64,000 bases of DNA from an uncultured Myxococcales bacterium (GTDB lineage: Bacteria > Myxococcota_A > UBA9042): positions 9,690-73,689 of the forward strand of contig CALENB010000254.1 of assembly GCA_937910235.1 (NCBI GenBank), read 5' to 3'. Both the position numbers and the translations under genes were made by a program. Positions 34,657 to 46,491 of the stretch are shown here, piece after piece. How positions within the stretch are numbered: the first letter of the stretch is position 1; each line of letters begins with the position of its first letter. A model generated the notes under the pieces. The model searched no databases. It had not been told where the DNA came from and worked only from the letters and a program-made list of their open reading frames with translations.

Positions 34657-35748
34657 TCAGTTGGTCAACGTCGCGGGACGGTTGTCCGGATCGAAGTTGT
34701 CCAAGCGCATGCCAAGTTCAAAGCCGAGCTCGTTGAGCACCTCTTTGATCTCTTTCAGCGACTTCCGCCCAAAGTTCTTGGTCTTCAGCATCTCGGCCTC
34801 GGACCGCTGCACAAGCTCGCCGATGTAGCAAATCTGTGCGTTCTGAAGGCAGTTTGCCGAGCGCACTGACAGATCAAGATCCTCGATCGGACGGTAAAGA
34901 TTCTCGTCGAGCGGCTCGATCTCCTCAACGACCTCCTCCGTGTGCTCTTCTTCGGTCTGCTCTTCGAAGCTAACGAAGACCCGGAGCTGCTCACGAAGGA
35001 TCTTCGCAGCGATGCCGACCGCGGTCTCGGGATCCACGGCGCCGTTGCCCCACACTTCAAGCGTCAGCTTGTCGTAGTCGGTGCGTTGCTCAACGCGGGC
35101 GTTGTCGACACGGAAGTTGACGCGGCGAATCGGCGAGAAGATCGCGTCGATCGGCAACAGGTCGACCGGCACATCCTCGCCGTCCTCAGTCTGGCGACTC
35201 GCGGGCGAATAACCCACACCCTCACGAACGGTCATCTCAGCTTCCACTCGGCCGCCAGGCTGGATGGTCATGAGGTGCTGCTCAGGGTTGAGGATCGTCA
35301 CGGCCGACGAGACCTGTAGGTCAGCGGCGGTCACGACGAGCGGCGCGCCATCAGCTGGCGCCTCCGCGACCAGGTGGATGAACTCGGTCATCTCGCCATC
35401 AAGCCGCAGGTTGACCTCTTTGAGATTCAACACGACTTCGGCGACGTCCTCGACGGTATCAGGCAGCGCCTGAAACTCGTGGAGCGCAGACTGCATCTGC
35501 TCGACCATGCGACGCTGAGTCTTGCCCCGCGACTCGTCTTCACGAACCACGCGACCGAGCGCAGCCATCCGGATACCCGTGATCGCGGCGCCACGGACGC
35601 TCGACAACAGAATGCGGCGGAGCGCGTTGCCCAGAGTTTGGCCGTAGCCGCCCTCGAGAGGCTCCACGACGAACTTGCCATAGGTCCCGGTGAGCTCACT
35701 CACTTCAAGGGCCTTTGGACGGATGAGGTGTCGCCAATTGCGCTGCAT
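34657..35748 (-). CDS. rpoA: DNA-directed RNA polymerase subunit alpha
   Basis: ..[15 protein letters not shown].., ..[13 protein letters not shown].., CTD ..[39 protein letters not shown]... ATG at 35748 with GGAG upstream. Confidence 0.95.
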   Translation of the reverse strand: MQRNWRHLIRPKALEVSELTGTYGKFVVEPLEGGYGQTLGNALRRILLSSVRGAAITGIRMAALGRVVREDESRGKTQRRMVEQMQSALHEFQALPDTVEDVAEVVLNLKEVNLRLDGEMTEFIHLVAEAPADGAPLVVTAADLQVSSAVTILNPEQHLMTIQPGGRVEAEMTVREGVGYSPASRQTEDGEDVPVDLLPIDAIFSPIRRVNFRVDNARVEQRTDYDKLTLEVWGNGAVDPETAVGIAAKILREQLRVFVSFEEQTEEEHTEEVVEEIEPLDENLYRPIEDLDLSVRSANCLQNAQICYIGELVQRSEAEMLKTKNFGRKSLKEIKEVLNELGFELGMRLDNFDPDNRPATLTN

Positions 35749-35898
35749 GGCTGCTCCAGTCATGTGACCCAAAGTACCTTCAAACAGAGCGCCCCTTGGC
35801 GGTGTTGGTTGGAGGGTCACGAACGTCGCGGGGCAGAGCCCCTGTAGAATCGAAGGATCATGCGGAACAACCGCACGAAGGAACCAAACCAGGCGGGC

Positions 35899-36528
35899 CT
35901 ACTTCGAGTAGAGCTCGATGATCAGCCGCTCCTCGATGGGCGCGGTGATGTCGGCACGGGCCGGCAGGCTCGTGACTTTGCCCATGAAGTTTTTGCGGTC
36001 GGCCTCAAGCCACGCTGGCAAGCCGCGACGGTCGGCGCCGTCCAGCGCCTCGGTGATGCGAGCGTGCTCCCGCGATTTCTCGCGGATCTGAATCTCGTCA
36101 CCGACGCGCACCATCGCCGACGGGATGTTGCAGCGGCGACCGTTGACCAACACATGGTTGTGCCGAACGATCTGGCGAGCCTCGGAGCGGCTCACTGCAA
36201 AACCAAGACGGTACACAGCGTTGTCGAGTCGACGCTCAAGGAAACGCAACAGGTTCTCACCCGTGACGCCTTCCTTCTGGGCAGCGAGCTTGTAGTACGC
36301 GCGGAACTGCTTCTCGACGAGGCCGTACATGCGCTTGACCTTCTGCTTCTCGCGAAGCTGACGGCCGTACTCAGAAACCTTGCTGCGGCGCGCCTGGCCG
36401 TGCATGCCGGGCACGAATGCTCGGCGCTCGTAGGCGCACTTCTCAGTGTAACAACGCTCGCCTTTGAGGAAGAGCTTGAGCCCTTCACGACGGCAGAGAC
36501 GACAGACGGGTCCGGTATAACGAGCCAC
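35899..36528 (-). CDS. rpsD: 30S ribosomal protein S4
   Basis: The GTG start gives (M)[25 protein letters not shown].., with AGGAGAA upstream. Confidence 0.95.
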   Translation of the reverse strand: MARYTGPVCRLCRREGLKLFLKGERCYTEKCAYERRAFVPGMHGQARRSKVSEYGRQLREKQKVKRMYGLVEKQFRAYYKLAAQKEGVTGENLLRFLERRLDNAVYRLGFAVSRSEARQIVRHNHVLVNGRRCNIPSAMVRVGDEIQIREKSREHARITEALDGADRRGLPAWLEADRKNFMGKVTSLPARADITAPIEERLIIELYSK

Positions 36529-36633
36529 TTTGATTCTCCTGAACAGTAACTTACAAGGCACCTGCCGCTGCGGCCTGCACCTGAATGATCCACGCCTAAG
36601 CGGCCTGGACCTGAGCGCACCGACCCTCGGCAA

Positions 36634-37032
36634 TCAGACGCGGCGACGCTTGCGCGGGCGGCAGCCGTTGTGCGGGATGGTGGTGACATCACGAATCGAA
36701 GACACGCGGAAGCCGATGTTGGCCAAAGCCCGCATCGCGGCCTCGCGACCACTGCCGGGGCCCTTGACGCGAACTGACACGGTTTTCATGCCGTGCTCCT
36801 GCGCCTGGCGTCCTGCATCTTCCGCTGCCATCTGCGCCGCAAACGGCGTAGACTTGCGAGAGCCCTTGAAGCCACGACGACCAGCGGTCGACCAAGCAAC
36901 AACGTTGCCCGCGACGTCGGTGATCGTGATGATCGTGTTGTTGAACGTCGACGTGATGTGAACCACACCGGTCTGTACGTTCTTTCGGTCGCGGCGCTTG
37001 ATGCGCCCTGCGGACTTGTTCGGAACAGCCAT
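36634..37032 (-). CDS. rpsK: 30S ribosomal protein S11
   Basis: ..[44 protein letters not shown].. Confidence 0.95.
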   Translation of the reverse strand: MAVPNKSAGRIKRRDRKNVQTGVVHITSTFNNTIITITDVAGNVVAWSTAGRRGFKGSRKSTPFAAQMAAEDAGRQAQEHGMKTVSVRVKGPGSGREAAMRALANIGFRVSSIRDVTTIPHNGCRPRKRRRV

Positions 37033-37047
37033 CTGAGAGCCCCCGTG

Positions 37048-37416
37048 CTACTTCTTCTTCTTGATTGCGGCGCGACGCGGTCCCTTGCGGGTGCGAGCGT
37101 TGGTATGAGTGCGCTGCCCACGAACGGGCAGACCCCGGCGGTGACGTAGACCACGGTAGCAACCGAGGTCCATGAGCCGCTTGATGTCGAGCGCGACCTG
37201 CCGACGCAGATCACCCTCAACCTTGTATTCAGTTTCGAGGATGTCGCGAATCCGGATAACATCCTGATCCGTCAACAACTCGGTGCGCTTGCTTCCGTCG
37301 ATGCCTGCCTTCAGACAGACATCGTCAGAGATCTTCGGTCCAACGCCGTAGATCGAGCGCAGCGCGATGTCCACCCGCTTGTTGCGCGGAAGGTCTACAC
37401 CAGCGATACGTGCCAT
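37048..37416 (-). CDS. rpsM: 30S ribosomal protein S13
   Basis: [26 protein letters not shown].. Confidence 0.95.
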   Translation of the reverse strand: MARIAGVDLPRNKRVDIALRSIYGVGPKISDDVCLKAGIDGSKRTELLTDQDVIRIRDILETEYKVEGDLRRQVALDIKRLMDLGCYRGLRHRRGLPVRGQRTHTNARTRKGPRRAAIKKKK

Positions 37417-37452
37417 AGGTCGTCTCCTTAGCGAATGGGGGCCCTTTCGGAC

Positions 37453-37566
37453 CTATCCCTGACGCTGCTTGTGCTTCGGGTTGCTGCAGATGACCCGGAC
37501 GACACCACGGCGCTTGACGACGCGGCACGACTCACAGATCGGCTTCACGGAGGCTCGGACCTTCAT
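37453..37566 (-). CDS. rpmJ: 50S ribosomal protein L36 (not in the ORF track)
   Basis: Manual translation of the minus strand gives [37 protein letters not shown], then TAG. 37 aa with the Cys3-His zinc-ribbon pattern. Confidence 0.9.
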   Translation of the reverse strand: MKVRASVKPICESCRVVKRRGVVRVICSNPKHKQRQG

Positions 37567-37666
37567 GACTTCTTCTCCACTGAGCCGCTGTGGCTCATTC
37601 ACTGACACCGGCTGCACTTGCAACGTGGGGTCTCAATTCCTGCGGCAGGTGCGCCGCCGTACTTCA

Positions 37667-38308
37667 TCAACCGGCGGCGCTGACCGCAACCAGGACGTCC
37701 TTGAGGACGTCGCTCGGCGACTGGTTGCCATCGATGGCGACCAGCTGCGCGCGGTATCGATCGACCAACGGCGCCGTTTGGCCATTGTATGCATCGAGTC
37801 GCTTCCGGATCGGACCTTCTTGGTCATCTGAGCGGTGCACCAGCGCCGTCTCGCAGATATCACAGATTCCGTCAACCTTTGGTCGCCGAAATGTCACGTG
37901 GTACGGCGCACCGCAACCGGGGCAAGAGCGTCGTCCAGTCAGACGCTCAACGATCACGTCGACATCCACCTTCAAGTAGATGACGGCGTCCGGACCGAGC
38001 CCCCGATCGTCCAGCGCATCTGCCTGCGGCAGCGTCCGTGGAAAACCGTCCAGCAAAAACTTGGCGGATCCGTCGGCCGCTTTGCAGTCATCCTGACCGA
38101 CCCGCTCCGCAATCAGCGCGACCATCACGTCATCGGGCACGAGCGCGCCCCGGTCCATGAAGGTCTTCGCCAGCATACCCACTTCCGTCCCGGCCTTGAT
38201 GGCCGCGCGAAGCATGTCGCCAGTGGAGAGATGGGTCACTTGTAAGTGATCCACCAAGCCCTTGGCCACGGTGCCTTTACCGGCGCCAGGGGCACCGAGC
38301 AGGATCAT
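37667..38308 (-). CDS. adk: adenylate kinase (Cys4 zinc-lid type)
   Basis: MILLGAPGAGKGT.., ..LLDGFPRT.., lid ..CPGCGAPYH..CDIC... An alternative GTG start at 38332 follows AGGAA. The 346-aa ORF version runs into secY and is not credible. Confidence 0.9.
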   Translation of the reverse strand: MILLGAPGAGKGTVAKGLVDHLQVTHLSTGDMLRAAIKAGTEVGMLAKTFMDRGALVPDDVMVALIAERVGQDDCKAADGSAKFLLDGFPRTLPQADALDDRGLGPDAVIYLKVDVDVIVERLTGRRSCPGCGAPYHVTFRRPKVDGICDICETALVHRSDDQEGPIRKRLDAYNGQTAPLVDRYRAQLVAIDGNQSPSDVLKDVLVAVSAAG

Positions 38309-38411
38309 GCGGTTTGGAGAGGAGCTGGACACGATCGAATTCCTGAGTCTCAAAGAGAACGTGGGAGAGGAGAGAGGCGCGCGCTGGGCTTGGACAGCTT
38401 GTCGACTGTGC

Positions 38412-39738
<1,327 letters not shown>

Positions 39739-39746
<8 letters not shown>

Positions 39747-40188
39747 CGACGACCTCCACCGAACCGCCCGCGGCCTCAATCTTTGCAACTGCGGAAGCCG
39801 TGAACTTGTCCGCGACGACCTGCAGGCCATGCGGCAGCTCGCCGTCGCCCAAGATCTTTAGGCCGTCGGCGCGGCCCTTGACCAAGTTCAACTGACGAAG
39901 CAACGCCTCATCAACCTTGGTTCCGGCCGCGAAGCGTTCGAGATCGCCAACGTTGATGGTCAGCCACTGCTTGCGGAAGATGTTGGTGAAACCAATCTTC
40001 GGCAACCGGCGCTGCAACGGCATCTGGCCGCCCTCGAATCGGGCCGGGGAGTTGCCGCTCTTACGCTGGCCCATACCCTTGTGGCCGTGACCGGCAGTTT
40101 TACCTGTGCGTGAGCCAATACCACGTCCGAGACGTTTGCCCTTGCGGGTGGCTCCCTTCGGCGGGCGCAGATTGCTGAGCTCGTTCAT
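39739..40188 (-). CDS. rplO: 50S ribosomal protein L15
   Basis: [38 protein letters not shown].. Confidence 0.95.
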
Positions 40189-40446
40189 CGTCTTCTCCGT
40201 TCACCAAGCAGCGTATCGCTACTCGGCAGGACTGCGCCTCGCTAGGAGACTGGCTCGGCCAAGCGCCCTTCGCCGAATGGTCGACGCGGGCACCCGGGAT
40301 TCCGGGCGTTCTTGCAGGGTGATGACCGCTCGAAGGCGATCCTCACCACTCCCCCCTGTGGTGGGGCGCGAGAGACTACGCGCGGTCCCACTGGGATGCA
40401 AGAGCGAAATGGACCCTGGGGTCCGTTTATTGGGTAGGACTTCGGA

Positions 40447-41037
40447 CTAGCCGCGGATTTCGTCCACTGACTTGCCACGCGCGTGGGCAACTTGCTCGAT
40501 CGTTCGCAGGCTCTGGAGCGCATCGAGCGTCGCACGAACCACGTTGTGCGGGTTGTTGCTACCGAGGCACTTCGTGATGATGTTTCGAATGCCAGCCTGC
40601 TCGAGAACGGCACGCACTGGGCCGCCGGCGATGATACCGGTGCCCTGACTAGCCGGGAGCAGAAGCACCCGACCCGCGCCGTGATGGCCGATGACGTCGT
40701 GCGGGATGGTGCCCTTGACCAGTGGCACCTGAAACACGGCCTTCCGCGCCTTCTGCGTTCCCTTTCGGATCGCCTCTGGCACTTCGTTCGCCTTGCCCAT
40801 GCCAACACCGACGTTGCCAGTGCCGTCACCAACCACCACGAGGGCTGAGAAAGAGAAGCGGCGGCCTCCCTTCACGACCTTGGCGGTACGATTGATGCCG
40901 ATGGTCGCAGCGTTGAAGCCGTCCTCGGGCTCATTGCGATCGCGACGCCCACGCGGTCCGCCGCCGCCACGGCGATCTGGACCGCCGCCGCCACCACCAC
41001 CACTACCACCACTGCCACCAGGTCGGTTGTTCGACAT
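40447..41037 (-). CDS. rpsE: 30S ribosomal protein S5 (Gly/Arg-rich N-terminal extension)
   Basis: ..[36 protein letters not shown].., ..[13 protein letters not shown].. Confidence 0.95.
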   Translation of the reverse strand: MSNNRPGGSGGSGGGGGGGPDRRGGGGPRGRRDRNEPEDGFNAATIGINRTAKVVKGGRRFSFSALVVVGDGTGNVGVGMGKANEVPEAIRKGTQKARKAVFQVPLVKGTIPHDVIGHHGAGRVLLLPASQGTGIIAGGPVRAVLEQAGIRNIITKCLGSNNPHNVVRATLDALQSLRTIEQVAHARGKSVDEIRG

Positions 41038-41040
41038 CGT

Positions 41041-41463
41041 CTACTCCTCGTTGGACGACGATGCCGTAGCGTCGTCGACGTCGCCCGTGGGCGCATATCC
41101 GTCTTTGGTCAGGAGTCCCAACTTGTGGGCTCCCGTCGACACCGCCGCGACGCGACCGATGTACTTGAAGCCGTTGCGGTCGAAGACGAGCTTCGACACG
41201 CCCGCCGCGACAGCGCGGTCGGCGACAAGCGCGCCGACCTGTTTGGCCGCGGCGGTCTTGTCGCCCTCGAAGCCCGCAAAGCTGTCTTCTAGTGTCGACG
41301 CTTGGGCCAGGGTGCGCCCCGAGTCATCGTCGATGACTTGGGCGTAGATGTGTTTGGCAGAGCGGAAGACGCTCAAGCGCGGACGGTCCGTGGTACCACG
41401 GATCGTGAAGCGCAGACGGTACTTCCGGTGCTGCCGGCGATTTGAAAAGCGAGGCGTGAGCAT
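41041..41463 (-). CDS. rplR: 50S ribosomal protein L18 (acidic C-terminal extension)
   Basis: ..RPRLSVFRSAKHIYAQVIDD..FDRNGFKYIGRV.. Confidence 0.9.
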   Translation of the reverse strand: MLTPRFSNRRQHRKYRLRFTIRGTTDRPRLSVFRSAKHIYAQVIDDDSGRTLAQASTLEDSFAGFEGDKTAAAKQVGALVADRAVAAGVSKLVFDRNGFKYIGRVAAVSTGAHKLGLLTKDGYAPTGDVDDATASSSNEE

Positions 41464-41505
41464 CGTGGCTCCCTCCAGGTGCGGCTGGACTGCCAGCCGC
41501 GTCGG

Positions 41506-42066
41506 TTACTTCTTGCCGCCCGACTTGCCGGCCTTGCGGCGCACGACCTCGTCGGAGTAGCGAATACCCTTGCCTTTGTAGGGCTCGGGCGGGCGAATGG
41601 CTCGGATGCTGGCAGCGCACTGGCCGACGAGTTCCTTATCACAGGACTCGAGGACCAAGTGTGTTTGACCTTCCACCGTGCCAGCGACACCTGCAGGCAG
41701 GCTGTACGGCACCGTGTGCGAAAAGCCAACCTGGAATACCAGGTCACTGCCCTTCAGATCAATACGAAAACCAACGCCTTGAACGTCGAGTTCCCGCTTG
41801 TAGCCGGTCGAGACTCCGGTGACCATGTTGAAAAGCAGCGAACGACCGAGGCCGTGCATGGCTTTGCCACCACGAGAGGAGTCAGCGGGATGCACCACGA
41901 TCTCGGTGTCGCCTTGCTCGAAGGTGACTCCCTTGAAGGTGCGTGACAGCGAGCCCTTCGGGCCCTTCACCGTGACATCGAGGCCAGAGATGGCCACGTT
42001 GACACCCGCGGGAACCGAAACTGGGGCCTTGCCAATACGAGACAATACGATCTTCTTGTCAGCCAT
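41506..42066 (-). CDS. rplF: 50S ribosomal protein L6
   Basis: MADKKIVLSRIGKAPVSVPAGVNV.., with GAGGGA upstream of the ATG at 42066. Confidence 0.95.
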   Translation of the reverse strand: MADKKIVLSRIGKAPVSVPAGVNVAISGLDVTVKGPKGSLSRTFKGVTFEQGDTEIVVHPADSSRGGKAMHGLGRSLLFNMVTGVSTGYKRELDVQGVGFRIDLKGSDLVFQVGFSHTVPYSLPAGVAGTVEGQTHLVLESCDKELVGQCAASIRAIRPPEPYKGKGIRYSDEVVRRKAGKSGGKK

Positions 42067-42074
42067 AGTGTCCC

Positions 42075-42476
42075 TCACCACACGGTGCAGAGGAGCTCGC
42101 CGCCAACTTTGGCTTTGCGCGCTTCTGCACCGGTCATGACGCCACGTGACGTCGAAAGGATTGCAATCCCGAGGCCGTTCTTGATGCGCGGGATCTCAGC
42201 GGACCCGACGTACTTGCGTCGGCTGGGCTTCGAAATCCGCTTCAGGGCCTTGATCGCATTGCTGCGGTCACCGAGGTAGCGCAGGTGCACCACAATCTCG
42301 CCCTGCGGGCCTTCATCAACATTCTCGACACCGTTGACGTATCCCTCAGCCTTCAGAATCTCGCTGATGCTAAGCAGCATCTTTGAGCGCGGAACGCGGA
42401 GCGATTCATGCCTCGCCTGAATGGCGTTGCGGATACGTGTCAAGTAATCAGAGATGGGGTCGTTTGTCGTTGCCAT
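42075..42476 (-). CDS. rpsH: 30S ribosomal protein S8
   Basis: [23 protein letters not shown].., with GAGGAGAG upstream of the ATG at 42476. Confidence 0.95.
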   Translation of the reverse strand: MATTNDPISDYLTRIRNAIQARHESLRVPRSKMLLSISEILKAEGYVNGVENVDEGPQGEIVVHLRYLGDRSNAIKALKRISKPSRRKYVGSAEIPRIKNGLGIAILSTSRGVMTGAEARKAKVGGELLCTVW

Positions 42477-42545
42477 CTTACTCTCTCCTCGGGTCCAGGT
42501 CTCGATGGGCTGCAGCGCTTGCACGTGCCCCTCGACGCGGAACCT

Positions 42546-43088
42546 CTACTTGCGAAACGGCATACCGAGGGCCTTTAGCAAAGCGCGACCCTCCTCGTCC
42601 GTGGTTGCGGTGGTCACGAACGTGATATTCAAACCACGAACCTTGTCCACCTGGTCATACTGGATCTCAGGGAAGATGATCTGCTCCTTGATCCCCAGCG
42701 TGTAGTTGCCGCGACCATCAAACGCCTTCGGGCTGACGCCACGAAAGTCTCGGACGCGCGGTAGCGCGACGCTGAACAGTCGGTCCAGGAACTCCCACAT
42801 CTGCACGCGTCGAAGGGTCACTTTGACGCCAATGGGCATGCCTTCGCGCAGCTTGAAGTTCGAGATCGACTTGCTAGCGCGGGTGATCACGGGCTTCTGA
42901 CCGGCGATGGCGGTCATCTGCTGGACGCAGCGTTCGATCACCTTGGGGTTCTGCACGGCCTCGCCAAGACCGAAGTTGACGACGATCTTGTCGAGCTTCG
43001 GCACCTGCATGACGTTGTCGTACGAGAACTCAGTCCGCATAGCGCTGATGACATCGGTTTTGTACTTCGTGTGAAGCCTGGGAATCAT
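42546..43088 (-). CDS. rplE: 50S ribosomal protein L5
   Basis: ..[19 protein letters not shown].., ..[28 protein letters not shown].. Confidence 0.95.
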   Translation of the reverse strand: MIPRLHTKYKTDVISAMRTEFSYDNVMQVPKLDKIVVNFGLGEAVQNPKVIERCVQQMTAIAGQKPVITRASKSISNFKLREGMPIGVKVTLRRVQMWEFLDRLFSVALPRVRDFRGVSPKAFDGRGNYTLGIKEQIIFPEIQYDQVDKVRGLNITFVTTATTDEEGRALLKALGMPFRK

Positions 43089-43256
43089 GTGAAAACCTCA
43101 TCCTCGGACTGATCGTGTGCCTGCGTCGCGCAGTTGCGGTGCAGCCCACGCTTCAGGCCTGTCTTCGTCTACGTATGCGCGTCCTTCTCAAGACGCGTCA
43201 CTTCTTGGATCGTTCGCTGTCGTGCCGACCAGGGAGGTCGACCTCGCCACCCGCGC

Positions 43257-43589
43257 TTAGCTGGGATCGAGCTGCTCGCCGGTCTGCTTGGCGACGCGGA
43301 CTTTCTTCTGCTCACCGTTTGCAGCGATGACAGTCTGGAAGCCTGTTCGGACGGCTTTCCCCGTCGAGGGGCTCACCAGCGCAAGGTTGGAGACGTGCAA
43401 GGACGCCTCCTTCCGAACGATTCCGCTCTCGCGGCCCTGCTGATTGGGCTTGACGTGGTGTTTGTGGAAATTGACGCCTTCAACGACGACGCGCTCTCCA
43501 TCTTTGACAACGCGCATGACCTTGCCGGTCTTGCCCTTGTCTTTGCCTGCGAGCACGGCGACGAGGTCGCCTTTGCGGATCTTGTTCAT
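43257..43589 (-). CDS. rplX: 50S ribosomal protein L24
   Basis: MNKIRKGDLVAVLAGKDKGKTGKVMRV.. (KOW motif). Confidence 0.95.
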   Translation of the reverse strand: MNKIRKGDLVAVLAGKDKGKTGKVMRVVKDGERVVVEGVNFHKHHVKPNQQGRESGIVRKEASLHVSNLALVSPSTGKAVRTGFQTVIAANGEQKKVRVAKQTGEQLDPS

Positions 43590-43618
43590 GATGAACCTCT
43601 GCAGCTGAGCCTAGTGGC

Positions 43619-43987
43619 TCAGATCACTTCTGGGGCCAAAGACACAATCTTCATGTACCGCTTCGCGCGCAGCTCGCGTGCGACCGGTCCGAAGATGCGT
43701 GTGCCGATTGGCTCGCCCTGCTTGTTAATAAGGACGGCGGCGTTGCCATCGAACTTGATGTACGAGCCATCATCGCGACCCACTTCTTTGGCGGTCCGAA
43801 CAATAACAGCGCGCACGACTTCGCCGACCTTCACTTTGGAGCGGGGCAGCGCCTCGCGCACAGAGCAGACGATGACGTCACCCACGGAGGCGTACTTGCG
43901 CTTGCTACCGCCGAGCACCTTGATGCAGCGGAGGCGTTTGGCGCCCGAATTGTCGGCAGCTAGCAGCTGGCTTTCGCTCTGGATCAT
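43619..43987 (-). CDS. rplN: 50S ribosomal protein L14
   Basis: [28 protein letters not shown].. Confidence 0.95.
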   Translation of the reverse strand: MIQSESQLLAADNSGAKRLRCIKVLGGSKRKYASVGDVIVCSVREALPRSKVKVGEVVRAVIVRTAKEVGRDDGSYIKFDGNAAVLINKQGEPIGTRIFGPVARELRAKRYMKIVSLAPEVI

Positions 43988-44061
43988 GTCATCCCCGGCT
44001 GTCGCCCACGGTTTGGGGCTCTTGAGGTCTTGGCCAACGACGGGCCACAGACGTCATTCGT

Positions 44062-44388
44062 TCAGATGTTCTTGCGCAACACCGAGCGCAAGCGCCAGCG
44101 CTTGTGCTTGGACATCGGGCGGCACTCCTCGATAAGCACCTGGTCACCCTCGCCGCACGTGTTGTGCTCGTCGTGTGTCATGTACTTCTTCGAGCGGCGC
44201 ACGTACTTGCGGTACTGCGGGTGCAGGTAGGTTCGCGTAACGCTCACCACTGCGGTCTTCTCGCCCTTGGCCGACACGACTTGGCCCATCAACTGACGAC
44301 GATGGCGCGATGCGCCGCCAACTTCATCGGCGATCGTCTCGGCGTCGGTCACGTTCGCGACTGCTGTGTTCTCGGTGATGTCAGACAT
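44062..44388 (-). CDS. rpsQ: 30S ribosomal protein S17 (about 30-aa N-terminal extension)
   Basis: ..GQVVSAKGEKTAVVSVTRTYLHPQYRKYVRRSKKYMTHDE..GDQVLIEECRPMSK.KRW.. Confidence 0.9.
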   Translation of the reverse strand: MSDITENTAVANVTDAETIADEVGGASRHRRQLMGQVVSAKGEKTAVVSVTRTYLHPQYRKYVRRSKKYMTHDEHNTCGEGDQVLIEECRPMSKHKRWRLRSVLRKNI

Positions 44389-44389
44389 C

Positions 44390-44608
44390 TCAGGACTCCT
44401 TCGCCAGCGGCTGGACGTCGCCCAACTGGAAGGCGCGGATGCGGGTCATCACGCGGGCTAGGCTCCGGCGTGTGGTGCGCAACTTGATCGGGCTAGCCAG
44501 CTGACCTGTGTGGTGCTGGAAGCGTAGGCGGAAGATCTCCTCGCGGAGCTCGGTCTCTGAGCGACCCAACTCTGGCAAGGTCATCTCGCTAATAACGCTC
44601 TTCTTCAT
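44390..44608 (-). CDS. rpmC: 50S ribosomal protein L29
   Basis: ..[18 protein letters not shown]..; position between rplP and rpsQ. Confidence 0.9.
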   Translation of the reverse strand: MKKSVISEMTLPELGRSETELREEIFRLRFQHHTGQLASPIKLRTTRRSLARVMTRIRAFQLGDVQPLAKES

Positions 44609-45021
44609 CGGATTTCACCTCGGCTGACGACCTGCGTCCGCAGTGGCAGTTTGTGTGCTGCGAGTGTGAAGGCCGCGCGAACGAGCGCCTCGTCTTCCGA
44701 CTGGATCTCGTACAGCATGTGCCCAGGCTTGATGACGGCAACCCAGTGATCCGGACCGCCCTTACCTTTACCCATGCGGGTCTCGGCGGGCTTTTTGGAG
44801 ATGGGCTTGTGTGGGAAGATTCGGATCCAGATCTTCGCGCCACGCTTCATCTTGCGAGTCATGGCGATACGAGCGGCCTCAATCTGGCGGCTGGTGAGCC
44901 ACCCGCACTGAGTGGCCTGTAGACCGAATTCCCCGAATGATACTTCCGTGCCACGGCAGGCAGTGCCGCGATTGCGGCCCTTCTGTACCTTGCGCCAGCG
45001 GATTCTCTTGGGAGCCAACAT
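44605..45021 (-). CDS. rplP: 50S ribosomal protein L16
   Basis: [37 protein letters not shown].. Confidence 0.95.
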   Translation of the reverse strand: MLAPKRIRWRKVQKGRNRGTACRGTEVSFGEFGLQATQCGWLTSRQIEAARIAMTRKMKRGAKIWIRIFPHKPISKKPAETRMGKGKGGPDHWVAVIKPGHMLYEIQSEDEALVRAAFTLAAHKLPLRTQVVSRGEIR

Positions 45022-45114
45022 GCCGGTTTCCTTGATAGATCAGGCGCCCGTGGATGGGCGGCGTACTTGATAATTCAGTCGATGAGGGCTGGTACCGCGG
45101 TGCGGCACCGGCTC

Positions 45115-45762
45115 TCACGCGTTGGCGCCCGAGCGCTCTGGAATGATGTCGCCGTGATAGATCCAGGTCTTCACACCGATGATTCCGTAGGTTGTCGAGG
45201 CCAAGGCCTCCCCGTACTGGATGTCGGCCCGCAGCGTGTGCAGCGGAACCCGACCCTCGAGGTACCACTCGTAGCGGCCCATCTCAGCGCCGCCGAGGCG
45301 GCCCTTGCAGGAGACACGAATGCCCTTGGCGCCGAACTTCTGCGCTGCCTGCATCGCCTTGCGCATCGCGCGGCGGAACGCCACGCGGCGCTCAAGCTGG
45401 GTCGCGATGTTCTCTGCCACAAGCTGCGCGTCGGTCTCGGCGCGTCGGATCTCGTGGATCGATAGGTAGACTTCGCCGCTTGCGATCTTGCCGATCGCGA
45501 GCTTGAGCTTGTCTGCCTCCTTGCCTTTCGGCCCAATCAGGATGCCGGGACGCGCGGTGTGGACACCGATCCGGATCTGGCGGGCGCGGCGCTCGATCTC
45601 TACCTTCGAGATGCCCGCATGCTTCATCGTCGTCTTGACGAGCTTGCGGATCTCTAGGTCCTCGTGCAGCCACTGCATGTAGTTCTTTTCCTCGAACCAC
45701 TTGCTGTTCCAGGATCGAATCACGCCAAGTCGTAGGCCGTTCGGATGGGTCTTCTGTCCCAT
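45115..45762 (-). CDS. rpsC: 30S ribosomal protein S3
   Basis: [23 protein letters not shown].., ..[28 protein letters not shown].. Confidence 0.95.
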   Translation of the reverse strand: MGQKTHPNGLRLGVIRSWNSKWFEEKNYMQWLHEDLEIRKLVKTTMKHAGISKVEIERRARQIRIGVHTARPGILIGPKGKEADKLKLAIGKIASGEVYLSIHEIRRAETDAQLVAENIATQLERRVAFRRAMRKAMQAAQKFGAKGIRVSCKGRLGGAEMGRYEWYLEGRVPLHTLRADIQYGEALASTTYGIIGVKTWIYHGDIIPERSGANA

Positions 45763-45793
45763 GATGGGTCTCTCCGTGTTCGCTGGGCGGAGC

Positions 45794-46129
45794 CTAGCGG
45801 ACGCCCAGGACCAGCGTTACGTTGCTGGTCTTCTTGTTGATCCGCGTGGCCCGACCCATGGCGCGTGGGCGCCAGCGTTTGATCGTTTGCCCCTGGTCCA
45901 CGTAGACGTCGGACACAAAAAGTGCATCGGCGTCCATTTCGTGGTTCGTCACGGCGTTCGCGACGGCGCTGTCTAACAGCTTGCGCACCGGCTCGCCACC
46001 CTTTTTTAGGGTGAAGTGCAGGATGTCGAGAGCTTCTGCAGCTCCCTTGCCGCGGATCTGATCCACGACCATGCGCACCTTACGAGGCGCGATGCCCAGG
46101 TTGCGGAGATGTGCCTTTGTGCTGGTCAT
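45794..46129 (-). CDS. rplV: 50S ribosomal protein L22
   Basis: ..[26 protein letters not shown].. Confidence 0.95.
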   Translation of the reverse strand: MTSTKAHLRNLGIAPRKVRMVVDQIRGKGAAEALDILHFTLKKGGEPVRKLLDSAVANAVTNHEMDADALFVSDVYVDQGQTIKRWRPRAMGRATRINKKTSNVTLVLGVR

Positions 46130-46201
46130 CTTCGTTCTCCAGTCCAGTCGTGCGAACTTGGCGCAACTAGCGCTTAAGTTTCATACCACTGGCGCGTCGC
46201 T

Positions 46202-46480
46202 CTAGCGGCGCTTCGTCTTCTTGTCAGCGGCGTGGCCGTAGAAAGTCCGGGTCGGCGAGAACTCGCCGAGCTTGTGCCCAACCATGTTCTCCGTCACGTA
46301 CACCGGCACGAACTTCTTGCCATTGTGGACCATGAAGTTGTGCCCGACGAACTCGGGGAAGATGGTGGAGCGCCGCGACCAGGTCTTGATGGGGCGCTTG
46401 TTGTCGGTCCGATTGGCTTCGGCCACCTTTTTCATGAGGTGGTCGTCTACGAATGGACCCTTTTTAATGGAACGAGGCAT
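46202..46480 (-). CDS. rpsS: 30S ribosomal protein S19
   Basis: [43 protein letters not shown].. Confidence 0.95.
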   Translation of the reverse strand: MPRSIKKGPFVDDHLMKKVAEANRTDNKRPIKTWSRRSTIFPEFVGHNFMVHNGKKFVPVYVTENMVGHKLGEFSPTRTFYGHAADKKTKRR

Positions 46481-46491
46481 CGTCTTGCTCC

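Noticed and set aside
42477-42545. Possible remnant of the S14 3' end (frame reading ..LQPIETW, reminiscent of S14 C-termini ending ..ASW)
   Set aside because: It is far too short, there is no stop after the Trp codon, and no CxxC motif is present. The resemblance is probably coincidental.
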